This document shows positions 36,161 through 49,139 of a stretch of 64,000 bases of DNA, piece by piece. The notes beneath the pieces are model-generated. The model was given only the letters and a program-made list of their open reading frames with translations, had not been told where the DNA came from and searched no databases. The stretch is from contig NC_058368.1 of NCBI RefSeq assembly GCF_018350175.1, positions 110,858,001 through 110,922,000 on the forward strand, given 5' to 3'. The position numbers were made by a program, and so were the translations under genes. Source of the stretch: Felis catus. Lineage: Eukaryota. The stretch's first letter is position 1; each line of letters starts with the position of its first letter.

Positions 36161-37113
36161 GAGCCTTTAGCATCAAAACTCAAATGATTTTCATGAATGG
36201 AAGATCTTGACCACTGAACCATCTGACACTTTCAATGCCTAGCAATCTCCAAGGATAGACCAATAATCCATGTCCTTACAGGTTGCAGCTCAGTAGTGAG
36301 TGGCCTGTGATCCAGCCCACCCCATCGCTCCTATTCCCTAAATACATCCATCTCGTCCCCTCCACTACTGTCTTCTTGTACCATGCCCTTCTGCTCTCTT
36401 TTCTCTGATGTACCCTCATCCTTTTTCTTCTCTTTCTCTCCTCCTCCTCCATTTGTCCAGCCTGCTTGATTTGGCTCTTTATTATGCAGAACCAAAAAGC
36501 CTGCCAGCCCCTGAGCCACCTTCTTTGGAAAGGAGATCCTTCCCGATCCATAGGCTGAGCATAGGCAGCCTAGAAAGCCATGAGAAGAAAAAAGAGACCA
36601 AACAGTTCTGAAAATGAATTGCCCTGCTTTCTCTCCACAACAGGAAATACCAGGTTAGCTTTGCCTTTTAGTCCAGTAAACAATACCAAATGGACAGCAC
36701 TCTCTTCCTCCCAGAAACCAGTTGCAGTGTAAGGAAAAGAGTGCTGGGCTCATCCTCACCTCTGCCATCAACAATCTGTATGACTTTAAGCACATCTTTA
36801 CCCATCAGTTTCCCCATTTAACAATGTAGAGATTGGACTATACTGGAGACCTCTTAGTTTAGGATTCATAGGTGGATTCATGGGGACTTACCAACTCCCA
36901 GAGGATAATGTATAGGAATTTTCTTTTTTACTGAAATTTTTATTGAGACAATTTTAGATTCTCATGTGGTTGTAAGAAATAATACAAAGAAATCCTGATT
37001 TCCCATTGGTAACCTCTTGCAGTACTAGAGTACAATATCACAACTGGGATATTGATATCGATATTGATACAACCTACCTATCATTCATATTTCCCCAGTT
37101 TTACATGCACTCA

Positions 37114-37171
<58 letters not shown>
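37114..37171. repeat. Compound microsatellite (TG)11(AG)18
   Basis: Direct reading; follows an old L1M fragment (~36925-37110). Confidence 0.95.
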
Positions 37172-37172
<1 letters not shown>

Positions 37173-38867
37173 ACTTACTGCTGTACAACTGGGAGTTTTC
37201 TTTTGTATATGCTTTTTTCCCTGGGGAAAGAAAGGTTCTTAGCTTTTATCAGATTCTCTCAAGTATTGTAGATGCAAAAAAGGGTTTGATTCCCAGCTCT
37301 GAGAATTCTAGAAGACCACACCCCAAGCCTTTATACCTCTCTGTTCCAAAAGCAACATTTAATTGGCACTTACCACATGACAGGCATAGAGATGCATGTG
37401 GAGGACAGGTGACGGGAAGAAATACAGGAATAGTGGGGAAAACCCAAAGACGCATAAAACACAGTCCACTGAACTCATGGTCCAGCAGTGGAAGACGGAC
37501 ATTCCTACAGGTAAACGTATTTATTAAACACGTACAGAAGAGGAATGGCATCGTTACTTGGGGCAGCTTGGGAAGTACTTCCACAGAAGCTGATGCTTGA
37601 GCTACATCTTAAAGGATATCCAGAATTCCTCAGCTGAGAAGAGAAGAAGTGGCTGTTAAAGTCAGACAAGAACTCCCTCTTAAATCATATCTATTTTAGA
37701 TGCTTTTAAGAAAACATAGGAAACTATGCCTACATTTGTTTATTCTATCTACAATGTTAAGGTGTCAAATTCTTCAGCTCCCGTGTGTTGGTGTTGAGGC
37801 CAAGGGATTTTTTCCCCCTGAGTCTATTTTCCACTGTCTTGTCCAAATTGGATACCAGATCCTGCCTGCTTAGCTTGAGAAAGGCATTTTATCTCTGGCG
37901 CCTTGATCACATCAGAGCTTATATTTAAAGCATGAGTGATGAAAAGAGACCGCGGCTGAGTCCTGGCTCTGTCCCATCCCTAGAGCACCCTCCTCTCCAC
38001 CGAAGGCTCTAGAGGCCAATCCTACAGTGGCTGCTGGAGACGAGAGCTAGTCAGAGCCATGAGTAAAAACATCTCTGCTCTGGGATCTCCCACAGGGGCT
38101 CTTCAGAAACCCTTAGAGGCTGGCTTTCCTGGCTTTCCTATGTGTGCCCCCCATCCAACCAACCCACATTTGATGGTTGGCTGCCTTGTGTTGGCTCAGG
38201 CTCAGACACCCCTTGGGGGCCTCTTTCTGGGTGTGGATTGCAGGTTCTACATCAGCCTGTTCAGTTCCCAGTGTTGCTCGCGGGGAGATCATTGTCTCTG
38301 GTACAGCCATCCTGCACCAGGGAGACCAATAGCCTACAATCAGGCCCACCCTTTGAAGAACCTCCTACAAGCCTGATTCAAGGCACAACTTCTTATGGCT
38401 TCTGTGTCCTCAAAGTTGTTTAACCCCCTAAACATCAGTATTTTCATTCATATGATGGGGATCATAATAGGACCCCCATAGGGTCCTAACCCCGTAGGGT
38501 TATTTTAAGCCTTAAATAAATGAATCCATGTAACGCTCTAGTACATAACAAGTACTCCATCAACATTAGCTATTATTATTAACTATTTTTATAATAAAAC
38601 TATTTCTGGCTGTAAAAGAATTAATGATCACTGCAGAAAATTTGTGAACTGCCAGCAAGTTTCAGGAAGAAACAATCATAAGACCCAGAAATGAGGGCTA
38701 TAATCATTTTGATGTATAGCCTTCTCAGCTTTTCTTGGTGTGCATAGATATATATTATCGGAAATTAAAAACTGTGAACTAAAGTTCATGTTGCATGTGT
38801 CTGTTCTGTATGTATCTGTTTTCCCATATAGTTAACTACTCCTTGGAAAGAATATTTCTAAAAAAAG

Positions 38868-39439
38868 TTTTCTTAATGTTTATTTTTGAGAAAGAGAGAG
38901 AGAGAGACTGTAAGTCAGGGAGGGGCAGAAAGAGGGAGACACAGAATCCGAAGTGGGCTCTAGGCTTCCAGCTGTCAGCACAGAGCCCAATGTGGGACTC
39001 AAACTCACTACGGAGATCATGACCTGAGCTGAAGTCAGTCGCTTAACTGACTGAGCCACCCACACACTCCAGAAAAGAATGATTCTAAAAGACTACCTAG
39101 TTTTCAAGCATATCAATGCAGCCCAATTTATGTAACTAATCTCTTAGTTTGGTAATTAGATTGTTTCTTATTTTTATAAGTACCATGGTAAGTGTCCTGT
39201 TCACAAATGTCTGTGTGCATCTTTATTTATTCCTTAAGATAAATGCTTAGACGTGGAGTGACTGTGCCAAAGGATATATACTCTGTTTTTGTTTTGTTTT
39301 GTTTTATTTTAATGTCTGGCATAAATAACTGGATTCACCATAATCCTTTGTTCTGACACTCCCATAATTGGTACTGGATGGCCTGATCTTGTTAATTTTG
39401 GTGGTAAATTCATTAATTTTTTAAATTTATTTTTACAGT

Positions 39440-39478
<39 letters not shown>

Positions 39479-39649
39479 TTGAGCACAAACAGGGAAGGGG
39501 CAGAGAAAGAGGTAGAGAGAGAATCCCAAGCAGGCTCCACACTGTCAGTGCAAAGCCCAGTGAGGGACTTGAACTCTCGAACTGTGAGATCATGACCTGA
39601 GCCGAAACCAAGAGTTGTATATTTAACCAACTCAGCTACCCAGGCACCC
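38868..39649 (-). mobile_element. Two Can-SINEs 38868-39070 and 39415-39649 (the latter with a (TTTA)n tail)
   Basis: Reverse SINEC bodies; TSD aattcattaattttt. Confidence 0.85.
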
Positions 39650-41420
39650 AATTCATTAATTTTAATAACATATTCAGTCCCTGTCAATCTACAACCCAAA
39701 ACAAAAGCTAGGGCCTCGGCAATAACCAATACTGAAGCATAAGGCTTTCCACACCATCTTCCTGTGTTCCCCACCCAAGGGAACCATTCTGAATCGTAAG
39801 TTAATTTCCTTTTCTTTTGATGTGGTTTTGCTCTATGTGTATATATTCCTAAAGAGTAAATTTTCAGAACTGTCCTTAGCTTTATAAAAAGGACATCAAG
39901 CTGTATGTCATCTTTTGGGATTTGTTTTTTCCATTCACTTTGCTAAAATTCATCCATGTACGTGCATTGTTTCTAGGATTTAGCTTTTGTTCACACTGCT
40001 GCTATGAATGTTATACTATAAATGTTCCCTGTTGTACATGTACAAGAGTCTGTCTATGGACCCAATTTACACTCCCACCAGCTATAAACAGAGAGCCTCT
40101 AGATCTACAGTCTCTGGTATACCACAGATCCATGTTGTCAGGTTGCTCTCCAGGTGATTGGCTCAGTCTACCTCCCTCCAGCAATACACAAGAATGCCAA
40201 GTTCCACAAACTCTTTCTAACCCTAGGGATCATCAAAAATTTTTGACCATTTGATAAGGAAAAGATACATCTCCCTTTTGGGTAACTTTGTTGCAAGGTA
40301 CTGACTCCTCTCAAAGCTAAGAGAGAAGGGGTTTGGCTCAGAGAATTGTTTCCAGTCTGATAACTTCAGTGACATTTCTGGGACTGGTTCCTCAGTGGCT
40401 CAGCTGCTTTCCCATGTCCTAAAAGAGGTGACATGGTTGGAAGGAGGGAATGAGGGGAGCCAGGATGGGAAACAAGCCCAACTCACCACAGTGTAATCTT
40501 GTCTCTTGGTCTCAACCCCTGCCAGTGTCAGATCACTCCTTCTCCTTGATGAAGCAGGCATTATCTCTTCCCTACCCACCCCCCCCCCACCACCCCACCC
40601 CTCCCACCCTACCCCCGCCCCAGAGAAGAGCCAGTATAATGCTTCCCTTTGTTATTTGAATTGATAAATTTAAACCTCTTTCCCTGCTCTGCAGTAAAAG
40701 AACTTTCTATTTTGGGCTTAGTGACATAGCCAAAGCCAAGCAGAGAGCAGCAGGCTGCAGCATGAGTTAATAGTCTTTATTCAAGGGAGGGAACCTGCAA
40801 GCAAACAGAAGGACCTTCCAAAGTACATCATCTGTGTAGCAACATGCAGCCTATTTGCCTGTCTTTCTGGTGACAGATATATTTCAAAGTTTAAAATCGA
40901 ACACTCCTTAACCTTCAGAGTAAGCTAATTAGTGCATCCTGAACAATGAATTTTCTTCAGTCAATTCGCCAGGAATTCATGGATGTCCCCCTGTATACCT
41001 AGGGCTGGACTGGGTATTATCAGAGAAGAGAATACTGTCTTCAGGGGGAGTTCCAGCCACCCAAAGTTAAACTGATTTGAGGAGTGCCTAAAACATTTAT
41101 TTGCCTGAGACTATGCTTTCTTCCTTAGTCCTGAGATCTGCCTGAAATCCCACATGGGTGAAGGGTCCCGGGTCTCAAGAAGCCTCCAGGAGTACACAGA
41201 GGTCTTGCTTATAGGAGGGGCAATCTATTTAAATCATTGGCACCTGTTAGCACATAACTACAGCCTGGAAGAACAGGACAGAGGACAAATAAGTTCCTCC
41301 TGAGTCTCACCCTGGCAAACTTTTTCTTATGGGAAGTTTCAAATATGCACAAAGGTAGAGATAATAAACCTCCATGTACCTATCACCTGGCTTCAACAAT
41401 TATTAAAATATGGCAATCTT

Positions 41421-41527
41421 GGGGCACCTGGGTGGCTCAGTCAGTTAAGCATCCTACTCTTAATTTCGGCTCGGGCCATGCATGATCCCAGGGTTGTGGG
41501 ATCAAGCCCTGTGTCGAGCCTGCTTAA

Positions 41528-41584
<57 letters not shown>

Positions 41585-42110
41585 CCTCCCTCCCTCCCTC
41601 TCTCTCTCTCTCTCTCCCCCTCTCCCTCTCTCCAAAATTAAATTAAATTTAGGGGTGCTTGGGTGGTTTGGTTGGTTGGGTGGCCGACTTTAGCTCAGGT
41701 CGTAATCTCGGGGTTTGTGAGTTCGAGCCCCATGTCAGGCTCTGTGTAGACAGCTAAAGCCTGCTTCAGATCCTGTGTCTCCCTTTCTCTCTCTCTGTGC
41801 CCCTCCCCCACTCATGCTCTGTCTCTGTCAGAAATGCATAAACGTTAAAAAAAATTTTTTAGGGGCGCCTGGGTGGCGCAGTCGGTTAAACGTCCAACTT
41901 CAGCCAGGTCATGATCTTGCGGTCCGTGAGTTCGAGCCCCGCGTCAGGCTCTGGGCTGATGGCTCAGAGCCTGGAGCCTGTTTCCGATTCTGTGTCTCCC
42001 TCTCTCTCTGCCCCTCCCCCGTTCATGCTCTGTCTCTCTCTGTCCCAAAAATAAATAAATGTTGAAAAAAAATTTTTTTTAATTTTTTTAATAAAATTAA
42101 ATTTTAAAAA
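41421..42110 (+). mobile_element. Triple nested Can-SINE with a long (CT)n tract (~41530-41630)
   Basis: Heads at 41421, ~41652 and 41862; outer TSD atggcaatctt at 41410-41420 and 42111-42121. Confidence 0.9.
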
Positions 42111-42534
42111 ATGGCAATCTTGTTTTATCTGTACCCTCCCCTCCCCCTCGTTTCCATTTTAAATCCAATTTAAAGCAAATCAAATATTTTCATAAGCAAA
42201 TACATCGGTATGTATCCATAACAAATAAGGACTCATTTTTCAATAACCACTTTATCACATCTTTAAAATTAACAATAATTTTTTAAATATCATCTAGTAT
42301 CCAGTCAGAGGTCAAATTGCCCTGATTTTCACAAGTGTCTTTCTGTCGTGGTTTATTCTAATCTGTCACTTGTATTTGTTGATATATTTTGTCTGTATCC
42401 TGTAGTTTATAATTTTTTAATTTTAAATTTAAATTAAATTTAAATTTAAATGTATTTAAATTTTTAATTTTAAATTTTATAAGTTTCCTCTCCTTTTTTT
42501 TTATTCTCCTTCTTGGTGTTATCAAAGATAATAG

Positions 42535-43125
42535 GTATTTTAGTTACTATTGCTGTATAACATAAAACAATAAAATAAACCAATTTATGGTGCTTGTGGA
42601 TTCCATGTGCCAGAAATTCAGAAACAGCACAGTAAAGATGGCTGCTCTTTGCTCCAAGGTATCTGGGGCCTGAGCTGAGGAGATTCAGAGTGTGGTGATG
42701 ACTTCAAAACTGGGAGCTAGAAGCATCTAAAGTTTGTTTACTCACAGGTCTGGTGTCTGAGTCTGGAGCACTCAAAAACTAGGACTTGTGACCACAGGCC
42801 CTACATACAGCCTCACCATGTGGTATGGCTTTCTTGCAGCTTGGTAGTCTCAGGATAGTCAGATTTCTTGCATGTCAGCTTAGGGCTCCAAGTTCAAGTG
42901 TTCCAGCCAACAAGGTGGATGCTATATCACTTCTTATAACCTAACCTCAGAAATTACATCGTCACTCGTGTTGTGTTGTGTTGTGTTGTGTTGTGTTGTG
43001 TTGTGTTGGTGGCAAGCAAGTCCAAAGCTTACCCAGACTCAAAGAGAGTAGAATCAGACTCCAGCTTTACAGAGGCAAAGGCAAAGTTCCAGAAGAGCAT
43101 GTGGGATGGCAGATACTGTTGCTCT
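42535..43125. mobile_element. MLT1 (MaLR) LTR containing (GTGTT)8 at 42968-43007
   Basis: tagttactattgctgtataaca...aagatggctgctctttgctccaagg...gaagagcatgtgggatgg. Confidence 0.7.
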
Positions 43126-43235
43126 ACTGGGACTAGGATGGTCATTCAAGCCTGCCTTTCCAACACCAACCAGAATAAAGTTGCAAATCATGGAAACCTA
43201 GTGGAAGAGAGAAAGGCGGGGAGCTTATTTGTGTG

Positions 43236-43409
43236 CAGGGCCACGTCCTACAGCTGTGTCGATTATACCCTTAATAACCAACGAGGTTACTAGGCTGAGA
43301 TCCAGCTCCACTTGCTACACCTGTGCCTGACTGTGGGGCTGTGTTGCTGGGAGGAAGAGGTACCTTCTCTTATACATGTAAGATACCACAGGGGCAAGAG
43401 ATGTCCCTT
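43236..43409 (+). mobile_element. MER91A-like hAT-Tip100 MITE
   Basis: Starts cagggccac...cagctgtg; internal ggctgagatccagc and gaggaagaggtaccttctct. Confidence 0.6.
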
Positions 43410-43629
43410 AATGGATAGCAAAAGGGCATTCAATCTAACTTAACACTTACCAGATACCTACTGAAAGGGAACTTTCTTTATGCCACTTTGAAGAGTATTA
43501 GGCCTTTTTTTTGTTTTGTTTTGTTTTGTTTAAGCTACACAGAGTGGACCAAGAACTATCTCAAAAATGGTGCTGGAGTTACTCATATATTTGTTAAATG
43601 GTGCAAGTTTTATGCATCAGGTACTTTTT

Positions 43630-46600
43630 AAAAAAATTTTTTTAATGTTTATTTTTTGAGAGAGAGAGACAGAGTGTGAGTGATGTGGGGCTCAAACCCA
43701 CAAGCTGTGAGATCATGTCCTGAGCAGAAGTCAGATGCTTAACTGACTGAGACACCCAGGTGCCCCCATCAGGTACTTTTTGATTACATTGATTTAGAAT
43801 GTTCCAGATGAATCTTGAAAGAAACTTATACACTGTGTCACAATGACGATAGGCCCATTTTGACCCATCTGCTGCAAGCCTTGGCCGAATGCAATAAGTG
43901 GAAACCAGGCCAAACAGAATTCAGGGTTTTTTTTTTTTTCTTCCTTGTAGTCACTATTCTTCATTAACATAGCTTTTATAGATTGATTAAATTCCTAGGG
44001 AATCAGGTGCCGGGGTAGCTCAGTTGGTTAAGCATCTGACACTTGATCTCAGTTCAGGCCTTGATCTCAGGGTTGTGAGTTCAAGACCCCTGTTGGGTGC
44101 CATGCTGGACAAGAAGCCTACTTAAAAAAAAAAAAAAATCCCTAGGGAAGTAAATGTTTTCATTTATATTTATGACTACAAGAAAAATAAAATAATACAG
44201 ATAAGGCAAGTTAACTTCCAAGAATTTTTAAGGACCAGGAGATAGCAAACTCAAACCTGAGTTTGATAAGGACAGCTATGTTATAATGAAGCTCACACAA
44301 GTCCAGATATAAGTCTCTGTCAATGAGATTATTAAAAAGCAGTGATCATGCCGATCTAGCCATGCTGGTGGTCAATAGCTGGGGTGAGGAATGCATTAAA
44401 TGGCAAGGCCCAGGGCACCTAATTTTTTAAAACTTATTAGGCCTCAGGTGTAGACTGCTAAATTAATTGCACTTTTCAGTTCATGGCACATTACCTTAAT
44501 TGGTCCAGACAAGTCCACTCTTTTAGGTATGTGTATCTACATTTTCTCCTATTCCCACTCCTCACTCCTATCCTTCCTTCCTGCAAGGAACCATTCTAAT
44601 ACATTTAATTATATTTTTTTGGCTTGTATGTGTTCTTGTGGATGTGTGTTGATGACTGGTTTGCATGTCTTTTAATTTACACAATAGCATTGTATTACAG
44701 ATCTCACTCTGTCTTATTGTTTCCACTCCACACTTTGTTTTTTTTTTTAATTTTTTTTTCAACGTTTATTTATTTTTGGGACAGAGAGAGACAGAGCATG
44801 AACAGGGGAGGGGCAGAGAGAGAGGGAGACACAGAATCGGAAACAGGCTCCAGGCTCTGAGCCATCAGCCCAGAGCCCGACTCGGGGCTCGAGCTCACGG
44901 ACCGCGAGATCGTGACCTGGCTGAAGTCGGACGCTTAACCGACTGCGCCACCCAGGCGCCCCTCCCCACTTTGTTTTTAAGACCTATCCACATTGCTGTG
45001 TGCACATCCAGTCCATCATCCCTGACTGCTGAATACTCCAGTAATGGGCACCCCCAGTGCCTATAACTTTCTAGCACCCAAAACAATGCTGCCATGAGCA
45101 GCCTCATATGTGACCCATTTTGGGCCTGTGTAGCAATTTCTTTAGACAACCTCTTGCTCACAAGGTGTCTTTAAGTGCATTAGAAAAGGTGCCTCTTCAT
45201 CCTGGAGAAAACTGCCCAGTGGTTAAATGCAAGGTTGGGCAAGATGGAGCCCAGACTGAGTTTCAGCCCCAACTCACCCCCTCAGTTGGGAGTCTTGTTC
45301 AGGGTACAACTGTAGGAAGTGGCCCTGCCAACAAACATTCCCCAGTTCTCACTTCCACCAGATTTCGGCTATTGGCAACATCACTCCTGGTTGGTACAAG
45401 AAAAGGGAGGGTGTCAACTGACCACAGAAATCTCATCATAGGATCTGTGTCTACTTGATTTGATCAAGCAGTGCTATAGTACTTGGGCACTATATACTTG
45501 GGCTGATGCAGTATGTGGGAGTGCCATGGCTAGTTTACGACCTGCACAGGAAATGGGGAGTCAGACATGGCTACAATACACGGGTGATAGTGCAGATATA
45601 CCTGCCTGAGGCCAAGGCAAAGGGCCCGAGTAATTCAATCCCTCACTTTGTCTTGGAGATGGGAGAGAAACATCTTTTCTCTTAATGCTGTTGTCACAGG
45701 ACACAGGTGAAGGGGTGGGCCTCGTATCTGCAAGACAGCAGCTCTAAGTGGCTTTGCCACAAATAGTGGACATGGGGCCCTGAGCCATCTTGCCTTTGCC
45801 CCTTGGTGAACGTCCCGGGGCTGACACAAATAAGAACTGTCAGTTCTTTCTCAAGGTCACCTGGATAGGCCAGAATTCAACTAGGATTATTCAATCCTTT
45901 AAGCAGGTCAGGTTTCAAATCCATCAGAAATTCTTAGTGACCATTCAGATATATCTTAACCCTCTTAATTTTTTTTTAATTCACTTCAACATTTTTTTAT
46001 TGTTTGCTTATTTTTGAGAGAGGGAGACAGAGTACACGCAGGGAAGGAGCAGAGAGAGAGTGAGACACAGAATCTAAAGCAGGGTCCAGGCTCTGAGCCG
46101 TAAGCACAGAGCCCGATGCAGGGCTCAGACACAGAGCTCAGATGCGGGGTTCAGATGCAGGGCTCCAACCCACAAGCCATGAGATTGTGACCTGAGCCAA
46201 AGTCAGACGCTTAACTGATGGAGACACCCAGGTGCTCCTATCTAAACCCTCTTAAAATAACCCTCTGTGGAGGGGGCACCTGGGTGGCTCCGTCGATTGG
46301 CCATCTGACTTTAGCTCAGGTCATGACCTCATGGTTCATGAGTTCGAACCCCACATGGAGCTCGCTGTGTCAGTGCAGAGTCTGCTTGGGATCCTCTGTC
46401 CCCTTCTCTCTTTGCACCTACCTCAAAATAAGTAAACATTGTGGAGGTAAATGAAACACCTAAGTTATAGAGAAAGTTGTTATTTTCATGCCAATGTTTT
46501 TTCAGCTGTCCAATGAGGATAATCATGATGAGAACTTCTAGAAGACCGAAGTCTTAATTCATAATTTTTTTCAGAAAAGAGTCATTGCAATTTTTCAGAT

Positions 46601-49139
46601 TTCTGGAAGAAAGGCAACCTCAGAAATCAACCTATTACTACATTTCTGGATTATGCTTGCAAATTAAGAACTACACTTCAGTATTTGTAATAAGCCTGGA
46701 TAGGGGTGCCTGGGTAGCTCAGTCAGTTAAGCATCCAACTTTGGTTCAGGTCATGATCTCACGGCTTGTGAGTTAGAGCTCCACATCTGGCTCTGTGCTG
46801 ACAGCTCAAAGCCTGGAGCCTGCTTCCAATTCTGTGTCTCCCCCTTTCTCTGCCCTTCCCCCTCTCACGCTGTGTCTAAAAAAAATTAACAACAACAACA
46901 AAAATAAGCCTGGATAACAGTCAATCACACAAGGATGTGAGCCACACTGAATACCATAGTGATTACTGTTAATGTGTGCCCTTGTGAATATGCAACAGTG
47001 GGCTTTGAAACAATGCAGAAGAACAAAAGTACAAATCAGTTGTATGCATTAACAAACATGAGGGTCTGGAAAATATGGAACACTAAGTGGGCCTGTGACA
47101 TAAAAACCATAACATAAGCTTCATATTTGGGAAGAGGAGCACATGGGACACCTTGGTGGCTCAGTCAATTAAGCGTCCGACTCTTGATTTCGGCTCAGGC
47201 CATGATCTCACAGTTTGTGGGATTGAGCCCCAAGTCAGACTCCATGCTAAGCATGGAGCCTCGTTGGGATTCTCATTCTCTCTCCCTCCCACTTCCCTGC
47301 TCATGTGTGCACATTCTCTCTCTCTCAAAATAAATAAATAAACGTTAAAAAACAACAACAAAAAGAGGAGCACTGGTTAAAACCTAGAGATGGCTGACAA
47401 ATGTCAGGAAAGATACAGAGATTCTCAAATGGCCTGGCTGCTTCACATAGGACAAGGTATCCACCACCCACTGAGACCTGACTCATCCTTCTCAAATGGT
47501 TCCAGCATAACTTCATCCTTTCCATCTCTCCCACCAGAAATACATGACCTCATCGGGGTCCTGGAGCTTATCTTTACCCACAGTGTCTCTTGGTTAGCTC
47601 CCCATCCCTATATCATGGAGTCAGTAAATCACATCATTGGCTTGTTGATGTTTAATGACCTAGGAGGTCTGGGGTGCCTTCTACACAATGTGAATTCGAA
47701 GTCAGCATCCCTCCCTGCCCTGTCAGCTCAAGCCCCTGCTTTTATCATTAAGAATGATGGAGAGGGGTGCCTGAGTGGCTCAGTCGATTAAGCGTCCGAC
47801 TTTGGCTCAGGTCATACTGTCACAGTTTGTGGGTTTGAGCCCCGCGTCGGGCTCTGTGCTGACAGCTTGGAGCCTGAAGCCTGCTTCGGATTCTGTGTCT
47901 CCCTCTCTCTGTTCCTCCCCCACTCACACTCTGTCTCTCTCTCTCTTTCTCAAAAATAAAGATTAAAAAAAAAATTAAAAAAAAAAAAAAAAGAATGATG
48001 GAGACCAGGGGCGCCTGGATGGTTCTGTCAGTGAAACGTCCTACTTCAGCTCAGGTCATGATATCACGATCCATGAGTTCGAGCCCTGCAATGGGCTTTG
48101 TGCTGACAGCTCAGAGCCTGGGGCCTGCTTCCGATTCTGTGTCTCCCTCCCTCTCTGCCTCTCCCACACTCATGCTCTCTCTCTCTCAAAAATAAACATT
48201 AAAATAAATAAATAAATACATAAATAAATAAATAAATAAATAAATAAAGCCTTTAAAAAATAAATAAAAGTATCTTTCTTCTGAGAAGCTCAAGCTCATA
48301 AGAAAAGTTTTAAGAGGGACGCCTGGCTGGCCAGTCGGTGAAGCATGTGACTCTTGATCTTGGAGTCATGAGTTTGAGCCCCACTTTGGGCATAAAGATT
48401 CCTTAATAAAAGATAAATAATAAACAACCTTTTAAAAAAACTTAAGGAATACCTACCTAATAGTGATGGAGGGCGGGGTATAATGATCAAGAAATTATTG
48501 TATCACCAGACAATTAATCAAGAAGAAACTGGCCCAAATTAAGGCAAAGGACATTTGGGTTGGCTCCTTCCTGGTGAAGTATTTGACAAAAGAGGAAAAC
48601 CAAGGCTGGATTAGGCCATGGGCAGGAAGATGGGAACTTCATTTCATTCCACAGTGCTATTCTAGACTCAAGGCATGCCTGCCTTCAAGGAGGGAAAGGC
48701 CAAGCAAGGTTCCTTATACATGAGGTAACACTTCAGATGAATGACTAGTTGTTCTTGCAAGCTGAATTTTTTATTCCTAACAACTGAACAAGAACCTATT
48801 CCTAGAGGAAAAATGAATGCTGAGAGCCTGTCTAGGATTCCAAGAGCTCAGAAAACCTGCTATGTCTGCCCTCCTGAGCCCCTGGAGAACGGATGTGTTC
48901 ACTGTTGATTTTCTTAACCACTTTTTTTTTTGTTAACGTTTATTCATTTTTGAGAGACACAGAGAAACAGAGCATGAGTGGGGGATGGACAGAGAGAGAG
49001 GGAGACAGAGAATCCGAAGCAGGCTTCAGGTTCCAAGCTGTCAGCACAGGGCCCGACGCAGGGCTCGAACCCACAAACCGTGAGATCATGACCTGAGCTG
49101 AAGTCAGATGCCCAACCGACTGAGCCACCCAGGCGCCCC
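43630..49139. mobile_element. SINE-dense block: 43630-43767(-), 44006-44138(+), 44740-44962(-, young Fc-type), 45970-46238(-), 46272-46440(+), 46703-46905(+), 47146-47365(+), 47764-47992(+), 48007-48265(+), 48316-48440(+), 48920-49139(-)
   Basis: SINEC heads and tails; TSDs include catcaggtacttttt, ataagcctggata, aagaggagcac and aagaatgatggaga. Confidence 0.85.
45143..45327 (-). mobile_element. Second MER91A-like MITE, inverted relative to 43236-43409
   Basis: Reverse complement begins cagggccacttcctacagttgt (20/22 identical to the first copy); internal gaagaggcaccttttct. Confidence 0.6.

Noticed and set aside
37052..37600. 182-aa ORF, the longest in the track
   Set aside because: Built from an L1 remnant, a (TG)/(AG) microsatellite (CVCV/RERE) and L2-like sequence; non-ATG start.
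43236..45327. Apparent terminal inverted repeats bounding a 2.1-kb element
   Set aside because: Internal similarity shows two separate short MER91A-like copies in opposite orientation; no transposase remnant between them.
47390..47791. 133-aa ATG-initiated ORF
   Set aside because: No recognisable domain or splice structure; runs into a SINE.
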